Shown here in pieces: positions 50,293-63,064 of a stretch of DNA of 64,000 nucleotides. The translations under genes were made by a program, and so were the position numbers. The stretch is from contig CM126230.1 in NCBI GenBank assembly GCA_052327205.1, forward strand, positions 43,896,001 to 43,960,000. The letters run 5' to 3'. Below the pieces are notes generated by a model. It ran no database searches. It was not told the DNA's origin and was given only the letters and a program-made list of their open reading frames with translations. How positions within the stretch are numbered: position 1 is the stretch's first letter; the number at the start of each line of letters is the position of its first letter. The DNA comes from Somniosus microcephalus (taxonomy: Eukaryota).

Positions 50293-51899
50293 CTGTAAAA
50301 TACAAAGGATATCCATTGAAGCTTGCTGAAATTGTGACGGGCTATATCTAATCAGTCTCAGTTTACCATGGTTAGAGATGTCTACGGCAATCCTTGCTTT
50401 AGTTAATATTCTGGTCTTTTAGAAAACAAAATTGACAAGAGTTTCTTAGTCTCATCAGCAAATGCACAATGTGCAAACGTTGATTGAACTACCTGGAATT
50501 AAATAATTAGCCAGTTTTATATGCAAGCCAAAGTTTCTGGTTTAGACCACAGGGTGCTGTATTTGCTCACGTTGTGACCTTGTTGGAAACCGTACTATGT
50601 TGCAAGGCTCCTAAACGTTCAGCAAGCTACTCAATGGGGTTTACAAGTCATCCTCCATAAATGAGGGGATTGTTAAACAAGTACACGTAGAGCTGAAAAA
50701 AAATACCCGAGAGGAACATAAACAAGTTCTGTGGCTAATATTAAGTTTCTGCAATCCTTGATGCACTTTCTCCGTCTCATTGTAGACCAGCCAAGAGTGA
50801 ACGGTGATGGGCTCAAAACAATCCCCATTAAAAAAAAAATAGCTTTTCTGTTAATGTCCATAATGAATCCCAAGATTTTGTCTTCAGTGTTGCGGACGCA
50901 TGCTGGTTCTTTGTAAACCACAGTAAAACCTTAATGATTGATCGAGGTCCAAGACGGTGGACTGAGCCAGCAGTTACACGACAACTGTAGTGCTGGTGCG
51001 AAGTGACTTCACTTTGTAGTTTGAATCCAATAGCACAAAGGTTGCTAGGGGCCCAGAACTATACAACTAGGATTCATTTTAAAATTCAGGAAACGTTTCA
51101 GTGTTTTGCTGTTTCCACAGCATTGACAGAACACATGATAGACAACAGTGGAACGTGGAAAATGTACTCCGACAAGACAACTACTAAAAAGGAACAGACA
51201 GTTACCATAACAAATGCTGTGACTGGTGAGTTATTTAGTCAGTTCATCATTGAATTTATTTCCGCATTCCAGACCAGAGAGCTACCATTTAGAGAAAAGT
51301 GCAGTGCAATTAATGGCTATTCCCCAGACTTTCTTCCAGCTTCAGATGTATACACCAGTTCAAGGTCAAAGGTTTTCTTCAGGTACAATGGCATTAAAAA
51401 CGCTTCAAGTCGATGCGCTGCCAAGGTAGCCAGCAAATGCAGTTATGCTCATCTTCCAAACGCAGTATTGAAATATGGCACAATGGTGAAAAACTGTTTT
51501 TTTCCCTGCAAAACCTACACCCGTCAAAGCTCGAGTGAAACCCACAGACTGACCAGAAGCAAATCAGATTACAAAATTATAAACCAATTTGACCTTCATT
51601 TAAAATGATGAGTGGTGAAAGAAGCAGTACTGTGTGCAAATTAAATAATCGACATTAAAACCAAGATTACTACAATGGATCATTTGGCTTCAAATGGGGA
51701 CAATGGACCTATACAAAAATATTGCAGTTAAAATTTAAGTGAGTGCAATTGTTAACACAATTTTTACTATCCAAAAAATTATTTTTGACAAGCTGTTTTA
51801 ATCTTTACAAAGCTTAAATGTCTACAAAATGAATATTAAACTAATCTACAAAAATGGATAAAGAGTCATTGTTGTGGCTCTGGTTATCACAAACACAAT

Positions 51900-53560
51900 C
51901 AAGCATAGGAACAGGAGTTGGCCATTCAGCCCATCAAGTCTGTTCTGCCATTCTATTCGAGTATGGCTGATCCGTACTCAACTCCATTCCCCTGCCTTTG
52001 ATCCATATCCTTCAATACCCTTACCAAACAAAACTCGATCGATCTCAGTCTGGAAAATTTCAATTGACCCAGCAGTCACAGCCTTACAGGGGAACAGAGT
52101 ACCAGAACTCCACTGCCCCTTGTATCAGTGTTAGCCGATTTCACTCCGAAAAAGCCAAGTTCAAAGTTCAAGATCGTGGCCCCTTGTTCTGGATTCCCCC
52201 ACCAGGGAAAATAGCTTCTCTGTATCCACCCTATCAAATAGCTTTATCATTTTAAAGACTTTGAGTAGATCACCCCTCAACCTTCTAAACACAAGGGAAT
52301 ACAACCCAAGTTTATGCAACCTGTCCTCTGGTGAATGTGCGCTGTACCCCCTTCCAAGGCCAATTTATCTTTCCGGAGGTTTGGTGCTCAAAACTAAACG
52401 CAGTACTCCAGATGGGATCGGACCAAGACTATGTACAACCTAAACTTCACTTCCTCACTTCTGTATTCCAACCCCCTCCCATTAGCCATTCTGATTACTA
52501 TTTGTACCTGTGCACTAGCTTTTAGTGATGTGTGTACATGGACACCTAATCCCTTCGCTTTTCCATTGCTCCTAGTCCCACTATTAAGAAAATATTCCAA
52601 TTTGTCTTTCTCAAATCCAGAGTGAATTACCTCACACTTCTCCACGTTAAAATCCATCGGACACAGTTTTGCTCACTCACTAGTCTCTGTCTCCTTTGTA
52701 ACTTCCTGCTCCATCTACACAACTTACTGTGCCCCTTAACTTAGGGTCATCTGCAAACCTGGATATACAACTCTCTACTCCTTCATTCAAGTCATTAATA
52801 TATATGGTGAAAAGCTGAGGCCCCAGTACAGATTCCTGGGCAAAATAACCTGTCACATCCCAATCAGAGAACATTCTTTTCCCAAATCCCTGTCTCCTAC
52901 CTCCCAACCAATTATCAACCTACGTCACAAAATTCTGTGTGCTTTAATTTTTGTTAATAATCTCTTGTGTGCGACCTTATCAAATGCATTCTGGAAGCCC
53001 CTATAGACAACATCTATAGACACTCCTCTATCCACCATGCTACTGGTCTCAAGAAGTTCAAAAAATTTAGTCAGACATGATCCACCCATCAGAAATCCAT
53101 GATAACTCTCTTTGGTCAGTGCTCAGTCACTCTGTCTCTAATAAGTTTCCAGTAACTTCCCCACATCTGATGTTAAACTGACAGGTCTGTAGTTAGTTTG
53201 ATTCTCCCTCCCTCCTTAAATACTAGAATGAGGTTTACAATTTTCCAATCCAAAAGGCACAATTCCTGAATCTAGAGAGCTTTGGAAAATTATGACAAAT
53301 GCATCTAAAATTCACTCGCCAATTTTTTTTTTTTTTTTTTTTTTGAATACTGTGGGGTGGAAATCATCAGGTCCTGGAGATTTGTCTGTCTTAAGTCCCA
53401 TTATTTTCTCCATTGCCATTTCTTTACTTCAATTAAATCTAAGTTCCTCTGTTGGCCTTTTTTTGGTTCCTTGTACTGCTGGTATTTTGTCCTCTTCCTT
53501 CATTGTAAAAATGGATAAAAAGTACTCAATTCACAAGTCTGCCATTTCCTTATTGACCAG
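51900..53560 (-). mobile_element. Old CR1 LINE fragment
   Basis: MDFNVEKCEVIH, LVRSHLEYCV, SVLGPQLFTIYINDL, ISRFADD; CR1 3' end at ~51905. Confidence 0.88.
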
Positions 53561-53585
53561 TAATAAACTGTAATAACCATCTTAC

Positions 53586-53732
53586 ATCTCCTAGTTTGAG
53601 GCATGTTCCCAGGCTATGGATAACATCTTCAGCAAGATCAGAATGATCAGAGTCCCAGACCAGACCGATAGTGATTATCTCGGGGGAGTTCATCAACACT
53701 TTACGGATTCTGATCTTCTCGCCACAGTTGCT
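53586..53732 (-). CDS. USP54: USP54 exon: [49 protein letters not shown]
   Basis: Read manually; cag|AGC ... GAT|gtaag, 147 nt, phase 0-0. Confidence 0.95.
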
Positions 53733-56700
53733 CTGTAAAGAAAATCAAAAGTTTTAAAATAGATATATTTAGCTCCCTTCATGGTACCTACAAAACCAAA
53801 ACAAACTACAACAGCACGGAGTTTATGCAGCACTCATTGAAAGCTCAGTGAAGTGCTTCCACAGATGAAAGCTTTTTTTGTACAATATGCAGCACAGCAT
53901 ACTACTCTTACATGTGCTGTATCAGTGTGGTCAGCTGCAGGTTCACCCCAACAATGTGCTAACTCCTCAACCTCATCCAGCCAATGAGGCATCTGGTGGA
54001 AATCACACACTTCTCAAAACACAAGGAGAGAAATAAAAGATGACAATGACAGAAAAGGGGAAAGAGGAGAGCAAATCACTCCAGGTGATTCTTCTGCACT
54101 CCCATCAGTTTCCGTTTAGGTCAACTATAAAGTTACTACAGTGACACACTATTCAAACAACTGCAGTATACATTATAAATACATTCTCTTCTCTTTACTG
54201 GGCCACAGACAAGGCAGCAGGAAAGCCGAAGCTCCCAACAGCTTAGTGAGCACAAAGGCCAGGTTCAACATTCAGCCTCAGACAAGTCAACTGAGCGTGG
54301 TAATTGGGCTTAGTGCCCAGCTTAAGGAGGGCGGGGGGGGGGGGGGGGAAGGCAGCCACCCAATCTCACTTCTAATCCCCATCCAGAAACCCCACTGGCA
54401 ATGGAGTTTTCATTGTTTGCAAGGGTTGAACAAGAAGCAATCTGATTACAAATTTTAATTAACTTTAAAAAAGTGACTTGCATTAATAAAAGATTAGTAT
54501 TCTGAAAGCTTTGTGTGCAATTAAAATTGTGCACCCTACCATTTTTCTCACTTAATTGAATACTTGAAAAAACGTAGGAATTTTTGTGGTGATTACACGT
54601 TGAAATGGACAGACTGTATATTAAAAGTTATTTATTTGTAAATATGCTTTGCTATCTGCACCTCATATCTTCTTGGACTTCTGAAAGGTCATAAAAGCCA
54701 TTACAAATGTCATTGGGCAAACTCAGAGGTTTTGTTTGGTGGTAATTCAAGCATTGTGCAAAAGGCCAAAACATGATTCATTTAATAATTTCTAAATCCC
54801 AATTAGGTCATTGTATTTCATTTATTTTATATAATAAACTTATTTGCAAAAGAATATGCACAATGGTTCGCAATTTTCAAATAATCCCGTTAATAACTGG
54901 ACGGTGCAATTTCTGCTGAGCTGGTTCCAATAATCAATAAAAGGCGACCACTCATTGTGATATACCACAAGCATGTGCAAAAGGCAATGGATACAGATGT
55001 CATGTCTTTTAAAAGAGTCTTTCCAGTTTCTAATTAACTATTGCCAATGATTGATTAACCAGTCAGCGGCAATAATATGCTCAGCATCACTGCAACATAC
55101 TCTAAACATTAACTTCAGGATTTACCCTCCATATAGTAACTTGATGAATTTATTCACCCATTTTGGAATGTCGTCGATAACATTAACTCATGCAATGCCC
55201 AGAGGTCTATTCCAAGCAATATCGGCATCACAAACCAATGCAGCAAGAGTCGAAATGGCTGCTAATATTTTCAGTGCTTTTATCTGAAAATATTCTTAGA
55301 GCTGCTATACACCGCTGTCCATGAGACCAGTTACCGCCTTTCCTCTCCTTTCCAACCCCCATAATTGTCTGTGGCAGTCATTCAGGATCAACAGGCAGAA
55401 TGCACATGTTTCTACTAATCAGCAACTGTCAAGCTATATCAATCTGAAACTGAATGGAGTAAAGAAAACAGAGAGAAAAACACTTACTATACCAGAAGCA
55501 CAATCGTTGACAAACATGGAAAAACAATTTTACAATTAATGCCAAAGACAATTAGGGAAGCCTTCAGCCTTAATCAATAAAAAGACACTGCTTCTCTGCT
55601 TCAATTGCTTCAGCACACTGGCTTGTTGCTAGGGAGAACAGCAGCATTACACCAAACCCAATATTAAAGTTGAAGTCAAGCGGAGTGAGACCAAGAATTG
55701 TGCTCTTACATCAGACAACATGGGAGCAGACCCAGCCCTGATCTTTATTCAAGACTCTCATGTACATTACAACAGTAGGGCAGCTAGGTGAAGCTACAGC
55801 AGTGGCCCATGCAAGTGTAATTAGCATCAAATTGGTCCCCAGACTAGTGTGGACATTTGGGGGGGGGGGGGGGGGGGGTGACTAAGAGGGAGATTTGGGG
55901 GTGAGAAAAAGGAAAACAAGATGCATAAAATTTAAACCAACACTTCCAAGTACATTTTCAAAAATGGTTTGGAAAGTTATTACAGAAAGATGACATTCCA
56001 TTTTATACCTTTCAAAAATAAACAAACAGTGAATACATTTTAATAAAGTCTAACACGCAGTTATATAGAGCAGTTAACTTAAATTAGGTAGAATAGCCAA
56101 CGAAGAAACAATACCTTTTGCAGATGGACAAAATGAATAACATTTTAATTCCAAATTCTTGAAAGGTATTTATACCATGAAACCACTTCAGTGATTTGAA
56201 TAAAATGAAGAGTGGATCACATTCCACGGTCACATTTGTTTTATTACCACTCTTACTCTGTAGTCCAGTCAGGAGAAAGTGCTTACAGCTATTGAACTTT
56301 TCACATTCAACAATGAACTGTCGTCATTGAGATTCCAGTTACATTCTCAGACCATCTTCCAATGGAAGCAAAAGTTACCATGGAGCTGGGCATGTTGAGC
56401 ACAAAGCAATACCAACAGGTCATTAAATGGGCTCTAAACAGGCTTCATGTCATGAAGCAAAAATACTGCAGTGGAGGCAAGAATCTTGTACAACAAGTCC
56501 AAGATTCTCTTGAAAATGATTAAATTACATTACAAAATACTAATATGCAGGGGTGTTTTTATTTTAAAACAATTTTCTGTTCAATTTTGTCCTATTTGTT
56601 TCAATAATAATTTTAAACCAGTTTTTTCATGTACCTTTTCCTCACAACTTGCAAGTAAACACTAAATTAAAATACTAAACATTGCCAGCTGATGTGCTGG

Positions 56701-57092
56701 CAGTTTGTACACAGTGAAGAACCGCTGCCATGGATACACCCAGGCCAGGAATGCAGTATTCTGATCACTGCCCTGTGCAGATCTTCCCCAACCAATGGGC
56801 AAGGGCCAAGCAGCCAAAAATCAAGTGGCGATTTTCAAACACGAGCAAACTAGCACCTGCTCAGTGATCGGACTGTTGGCATGTTGCTATTCAACCTACA
56901 AGCCGCAGCATTAGAAACACCAATGCATTAGAGAATTACTTTGCAGTGATGTTGTTTTGTAATATATATTTGATAAGTGAAGTTAAAATGTTCACAGTCT
57001 TCATCTCTTAAGGTGCCAACATTCAAGTGCAGTAATACCTTTGTGTTTAGACCATCACAAATAGTGAGAAATAGGAGTGAATAGATACGTAC

Positions 57093-57198
57093 TGGACAGT
57101 TCCGAAGATCACCCATTGTGCTCGCGTTCTGTAGAAGCTCCCCAAACATGTCAGGCGTTGGTTTCTCACGTCTTTCCATCATACGTATTGCTTGATTA
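57093..57198 (-). CDS. USP54: USP54 exon: [35 protein letters not shown]
   Basis: tag|T ... CCA|gtacgt, 106 nt, phase 2-0; within ORF 56928..57275. Confidence 0.95.
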
Positions 57199-58597
57199 CT
57201 ACACAAAAGGGACAAAGCAGAAAGGAACTGGTTCCCATGAAAACAAACAAAGCCCTCACTCTGTAGGGCATCCACAGCAGAAACACTGACAACTAGATTA
57301 ACATCTCTCCTGAATTAAAAAGATTACTGCTTCGTCATGTACCAGACATTGCTCTGTTATTTGAATAGGATTAAGCGCCTAAACAATTTTCTATGTAAAA
57401 CATTATGCACAGCCCATCTTGATCATAATTAAGCGAGACTGCCATATTATCCCAAGGCATCTTACACAGTGCTTCTAAACTTTGTTAGGAAACTTTTTTT
57501 CCCCTTTAGGTTCACACATTATGCACGACTATTCCACTTAAATATTACATCTAGATTCAAAATGCAGGTCACCCTTTGCATCTCCCGAAAACACTCTTTA
57601 TTTGAAGAGCTTATTCCTGAACATTTAATATTTTTTTGCTCTATATAAATACAAGTTGTTGTTGTAAAAAAATGGTTTATCTTTATTCAGAAGCTCTGTA
57701 ATCTCCTTTATTTAATATCCCAATGTTAATCTATAATGCTTTATGCCAATTTCTCTTTCCAGTACACCTCAGTGAGCCCATCTTCCTAAATTCAGCCCTA
57801 TTACAATTTGGCGCACTTGTTCCTGTACGAACTTTTTCCCCTTTCTATTTGGAGCTTAAATCTCATCATAGTGCAGGCGCTGTTCCCGAGCTGCTCATCC
57901 ACATGTAACTCATCTACCTGATTTATTTGTTACTCATAACTAGATCTAGCAATGCCTCTTCCTTTGCAGGCAAACAGACATACTGCTCAAGAAAGGGGTC
58001 CTCCACTCGTTAGAAATTCCATTCCCTTTTCCTCCCTTGGAGAATTACACCAAATTTAGAACACACCGCGATCTAAATTCATAGTACACATCGAGGGTTA
58101 AGTGCAAGATGCTGCAAAACATTAAGTAACGCATGGTGTTATTAGAGTAATGGTGTCAGCATTTCAAAGACACTCCCTCGTTCAGAGACTCAGACAGACT
58201 GCCAGAACATAGCAGAAATACTGCAGCGTTTATTATTAGATAAGATTTTTCTTCATCAGCAAGAAGCTTCCTCCAGCAACTACAGCATTTTAAAACGTTT
58301 ACCATTAAAATGTGACTAGTATAGTCTTGTTTCATGAAAAGCAGACAAAACTATATTTGAAACCCTTAATTTCTAAACCCATATATAAATCTGTTTAAAG
58401 TCAATGTTTGTGGTTTCAGCATTTAGAATTGTAAGTGAAAGCTGACTGATTTCCCAGTAAGTCAACAGGGAACACTGCACGCTGCACAGTAAGCTTCTTT
58501 TATTTTTAACTTCATCCCAGTTCTGTTAGAATCTTCTTGTGAGAAAGTTGCTGTGTAAAGTTCATGCTTAGTACAATGGTTTTTAGCAATAGCTTAC

Positions 58598-58680
58598 CAC
58601 AACGCAGTTGTGGAAATGTAGTTCACCATCTGGATAAAAGGCAGTGGATCAGATGTTGCGCCACAGCTGGTACAAACACA
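58598..58680 (-). CDS. USP54: USP54 exon: [27 protein letters not shown](C)
   Basis: Read manually (absent from ORF track); cag|TGT ... TG|gtaagc, 83 nt, phase 0-2. Confidence 0.95.
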
Positions 58681-59486
58681 CTGCAAGAAAGAATTGTTCC
58701 ACAAAATCCATCAAAATGGACAAACCTATTACTAAGTTTCGAAGCTTTTCGGCTTAGTTTTCACACATCACTACATGGGTCATAAAATCCAAACGTACTT
58801 GCTGAGTATTGAATATTACTAATAAGATTGGAAAGACTAGTTAACAGTTCATGGAGACAACTACATCCAATACTAAGTATAAGAAAAACCTTCCAACTTC
58901 ATGTTATACTGAACATAGATTCCACCACGCCACACAAATAAATGTGATACTGCATTGTCAAAAAAAAATCTACTTTATGTTGTTGCAGTTTCTACACGAG
59001 GATCACGCAGTCCAAATGTAAAGCTTGTTGGAAATCCCTTCACTCAAACATACTGCACGTTACGATTTTGGTGGGAGGGGGGAATCAGGCTAGTTACACT
59101 ATCAAAAAGGACTTTGCTGTGAAACATTCATCAGGCACCTGAAGGAATGAGGTAGAGTTTTACAATTTAGCACCATTGGATAAGGTGTCCTACATGGGAC
59201 CTTTTTTAATTAACTATCTTAGCCTGTGCTGTGTCTGTCTCCAGTAAGCACAGCAGGAGGAGAATGAGCAGTCAAGATTTCTGAATACCACACATGTTTA
59301 ATACGTTTTTGTTTACCTCGGTGATTTATGTTACATTACTTAATCTCAGGACACTCGGTTATGACTATAACAGTTTAAAAAGATGTATCGCTCAAGCTTC
59401 TCGGTCCAAATGTCAGGGCTCAGCTCGGTATTGGAAAAACTTGGTTTGGCGACGGGACTAAACAATACATCGCTAACAATCAATTT

Positions 59487-59912
59487 GATTCAGAAGGTTG
59501 TGGGTTCAAGTCCCACTCCAGAGGCTTGAGCACAAAAATCTAGGTTGACACTCCAGTGCAGTAGAGGGAGTGCCGCACTGTCGGAGGGGCCGTCTTTTGG
59601 ATGAGACGTTAAACAGAGGCCCTTGTCTGCGCTCTCAGGTGAACGTAAAAGATCGCATGGCACTATTTCGAAGAAGAGCAGGGAAGTTAGCCGGTGTCCT
59701 GGGGCCAATATTTACCCCTCAATCAACATCACTAAAACAGATTGTCTGATCATTATCACATTGCTGTTTGTGGAAGCTTGCCGTGCACAAATTGGCTGCC
59801 ACGTTTTCTACATTACAACAGTGACTACACTTCAAAAAAAATTCTTAATTGGCTGTAAAGCACTTTGAGATGACCGATGGTCATGAAAGGCGCTATAGAA
59901 ATGCAAGTCTTT
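59487..59912 (+). mobile_element. DeuSINE (SacSINE1-like) SINE, nearly full length
   Basis: tRNA B-box GGGTTCAAGTCCC, Deu-like core (GATGAGACGTTAAAC.GAGG..GTAAAAGATC.CATGGCACTATT), L2-like tail; several copies in window. Confidence 0.8.
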
Positions 59913-61200
59913 TATCTTTTTAACCTGATCCATTTGTGAAATCTTCAGTGCTTTAATGTCTTCTGACAATCTAGTGCAGGGAGAACTGGGGAACATTGGA
60001 GCCCTGTCCTTTAACCAAGGCTTGCCTCCCAGGGTGTGCACAATCGTCTGTTTAAATCGTCCAGTCAGGACATAATAGATTATAATTCTACCAAGCTTGA
60101 CGAAGGTCATTAAGGTTAGCCTTGGTCTGCTGCACTCTAAAATTAAGTACCATTGCGGTCGAGGGTTGCTGACTTCTCACTACAGCGGCGTTTGCACCGA
60201 GACAAGTAGCTGCAGCTCAGATTTCAGCCACGGATTACTGTGTCCACATCGACAGGGTTCCTGCCGGGCAGCAGCCAAACTGTCCAGCACAGGAAAGCTC
60301 TCTCCCAACAGTTCAAAATGTAAACATTCCAAAAGCATGGAGGAAGGTCCCGGCTCTCGGCATTCAGGTTAAGGCGAGGTCCACTTCTTAATTATTCATT
60401 CTTGGACGTGGTCATTGCTGGCAAGACCGGCTGCTATTGCCCATCCCTAGCTGCCTTGAATAGGTGCTGATGGGCCATCTTCCTGAACGACTAAACTGTA
60501 GTGATTATGATACAACGGAGTGGCTTTGCTAGGCCATTTCAGAGGGCAGTTGTTGAGAGTCAACGACATTGGTGTGGGACTGGAGTCACATATAGATCAG
60601 GTAAAGGTGGCAGTTTTCCTTCCTCATCACCCTTAAGGTGATTAAAGGAGTTGACGAGAGAGAGAAACTCTTTCCCCTGGTGGGAGGGTCCAGAACAAGG
60701 GGGCCGTTCAGGGGTGATGTCAGGAAGCACATTTTCTCAAAGGGTGGTGGAAATCTGGAACTCTCTCTTTCAGTAAGTTGTTGAGGCTAGGTCAATTGAA
60801 AAATTCAAAACAGAGACATAGATTTGTTAGGTAAAGGTATCAAGGAATATAGAGCAAAAGCACGTAAATGGAGTTTAGGTAAAGATCAGCCATAATCTAA
60901 TTGAATGGCGGAACAGGCGCGAGGGGCTCAATGCCTGTTCCTAAGAATTTATTATAAACATGATAAAAAAATTGTACAATCAGGTCTCAAGTAGCAAGCT
61001 ATGAATGATTCAGTAATGTGTGACATATAAAGTCATTCACACTTAATAATGCAGGCTCTGCCCAAAACACATGGAACCACGTACTTTTTCCATTCGGATT
61101 GAAAGCATCATTCTAAAACTATGCTGGTCAAACAGTCGGAAAATCTGCATTTGGTTTCCTTTTTAAATTTAGCCGTTCCTATTTCACTCATTTTCTTGTA

Positions 61201-61523
61201 CAGGAAACTTTGTGCTATCTGGCACCGACGGGACCGAGCTGCTGCCATTCTCTCAAAACTGCCGTACACTCCAGAGCTAATGTTGAAACATACGGAGATT
61301 TTCATCTCCGTATGAATCAACAAACCCTGTTGCTTAGCAACAGCCTCTAAACAGTCGGCAAGCGCCTCTGGCTGAAGCTGTTGCTTAGCTACAGACGTTG
61401 CAGAGCTTGACTGTTCAAAAAAAGCAAAGAAAAGAAACAAAAAGAATAAAAAACGGCTCCTGATTTTTGCCGGTGGCTCGAGCTTGCCGGACGGTTTGCC
61501 TCCGGATAACACAAAGTTTCCTG
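61201..61523. mobile_element. Tc1/mariner (Tigger/pogo-like) MITE
   Basis: TA TSDs; 22-bp TIRs CAGGAAACTTTGTG(C/T)TATC(T/C)GG. Confidence 0.88.
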
Positions 61524-61877
61524 TAATACATGCAGCATACATAATATTGTAGCGAACTCAAAAGATCTGAATTCCATTTCATAAATATAACACTTTTACT
61601 GCTTTTAACACTAACGTAGCATTTTTACACGACTTAAAAAAAAATATCAACTTGCATTTTTCACAAGCAACCATTTTACACCATTGTAATACTTTGAAAC
61701 ACTCTTAGATGTTAATATTCCTTTTGGTAAAAGGTGCCAAGGAAATTCAGCATTAAAGGGGATAAACCTCAAACCTCAGTGTAAAACATGTAATTAAAAA
61801 ATTGAATACAAAACTAAATTGTTGTACAAGACGTTTTAAAATCCATGCTTAATCCTGGGAATGGGAACACCTCCTAC

Positions 61878-61991
61878 CTGTTCAAACAAAGTCATGGCAA
61901 ATTTCTGGTGAGGAATGCAGTGTTTTGCCGTGCAAATGTCCTCTTTTGTTTCATCAGCGATATGAAAGTGTATACGCATGAGGATATTTTC
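61878..61991 (-). CDS. USP54: USP54 exon (USP domain): [38 protein letters not shown]
   Basis: cag|GAA acceptor, CAG|gtagga donor, 114 nt, phase 0-0. Confidence 0.95.
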
Positions 61992-62287
61992 CTGCGACGA
62001 ATATAAACCGTTATTTGCTGCAGATGAGCTTGTCCATAATTGAAAACAAAGCATTCAATATTGAATTTCAACACATCAACCATCAATAATAATGTCTCAC
62101 GGCAAGACTACCGTCTTAATCCTAAGTTTTTACTTGACTATTATGGGCTATATCAGTGTTATTAAATAAGTTAGTCACAAGCCATGAGTGGCTAATTAGG
62201 AATCCAGATGTGGCTAATTGCACATAGATTAGCAAATACTGTACCTAATGAGTAATAGACACCATTGTTGGGTATGTGATCTCAATA

Positions 62288-62700
62288 CAGGAAACTCTCG
62301 TTTAAACGGCATCTAAATATCTGGCAAAATTCATCCTCCGAAAACAACACCTCAATAACCGGAAATGTTGCAGAGTCCGAGTCTCCCGCAGTGGCCGAGT
62401 TAGTCAGTGGGGGGGTAGTTCTCCAAACTGCCACTACTCGGCTTCTTGGCGCTGTCGGAAGTCCAAACACCTCAATAACAGGAGTCTGACTCTCCCGCGC
62501 TGCCACCATCTTCCACCATCCATTTAACACAACATTCTGTAGGTGAGTACCCAATTACTTTATACTGCACATCTCTTGATTTTTTAAATTTCTGTTTGTT
62601 AAAAAATAGCCTCGGTAGATAACCCTCTCCGTCATCTGGAATTTTTAATCAACTGGCACCATCCCGGTCCCGTCGGTGCCGGATACCAAAGAGTTTCCTG
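62288..62700. mobile_element. Related Tigger-like MITE in opposite orientation
   Basis: TA-CAGGAAACTCT...AGAGTTTCCTG-TA; subterminal GGCACCGACGGGACCG shared with the 61201 element. Confidence 0.82.
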
Positions 62701-62729
62701 TACTCATATTTGCGGGTCTGGCGCGTCTC

Positions 62730-62830
62730 GTTGTGTGAAACAACATTCTCAGCAATCGCTCTGATGAAGTCGAAGTACAGCTCACAACTGCTGGACAAAA
62801 ACCTAGAAGCTGCACTAAGATGTGCTGCAA
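62730..62830 (+). pseudogene. hAT (Buster/SPIN/Charlie-like) transposase C-terminal dimerisation-domain relic
   Basis: LCETTFSAIALMKSKYSSQLLDKNLEAALRCA resembles the hATC pattern CExxFSxxxxxKSKxRSxLxDxxLxxxLR. Confidence 0.7.
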
Positions 62831-63064
62831 TAAAAACAGAAAATGCTGGAAATACTCAAGTCAGGCAGCAACTGTGGAGAGAGAAACAGAGTTAATGTTT
62901 CAGGTCGATGACCTTTCGGCAGAACGAATCTTCGTCAGAATCAGGTCATTGACCTGAAACGTTAACTCGGTTTCTTTCTCCACAGATGCTGCCTGACCTG
63001 CTGAGTATTTCCAGCATTTTGTGTTTTTATTTCAGATATCCAGCACCCGCAGTATTTTGCTTTT
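62829..63064. mobile_element. Inverted pair of Penelope-type terminal repeats containing minimal hammerhead motif relics
   Basis: Arms ~62829-62914 and ~62943-63031 are reverse complements; single copies at 4641-4737 (-) and 6141-6238 (+). Confidence 0.75.

Larger units (their letters stand above)
11493..61991 (-). other. USP54: USP54 gene span (5'-partial; 18 coding exons plus 3' UTR in window)
   Basis: Spliced exons translate to a protein closely matching human USP54 as I recall it ([92 protein letters not shown]). All junctions are GT-AG with consistent phases; summed CDS 5127 nt is a multiple of 3. Confidence 0.96.

Noticed and set aside
51003-51608. 201-aa plus-strand ORF
   Set aside because: Non-ATG start, no recognisable domain or splice structure; probably chance or decayed TE.
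59487-59525. tRNA-like B-box (GGGTTCAAGTCCC)
   Set aside because: SINE head, not a full cloverleaf tRNA gene.
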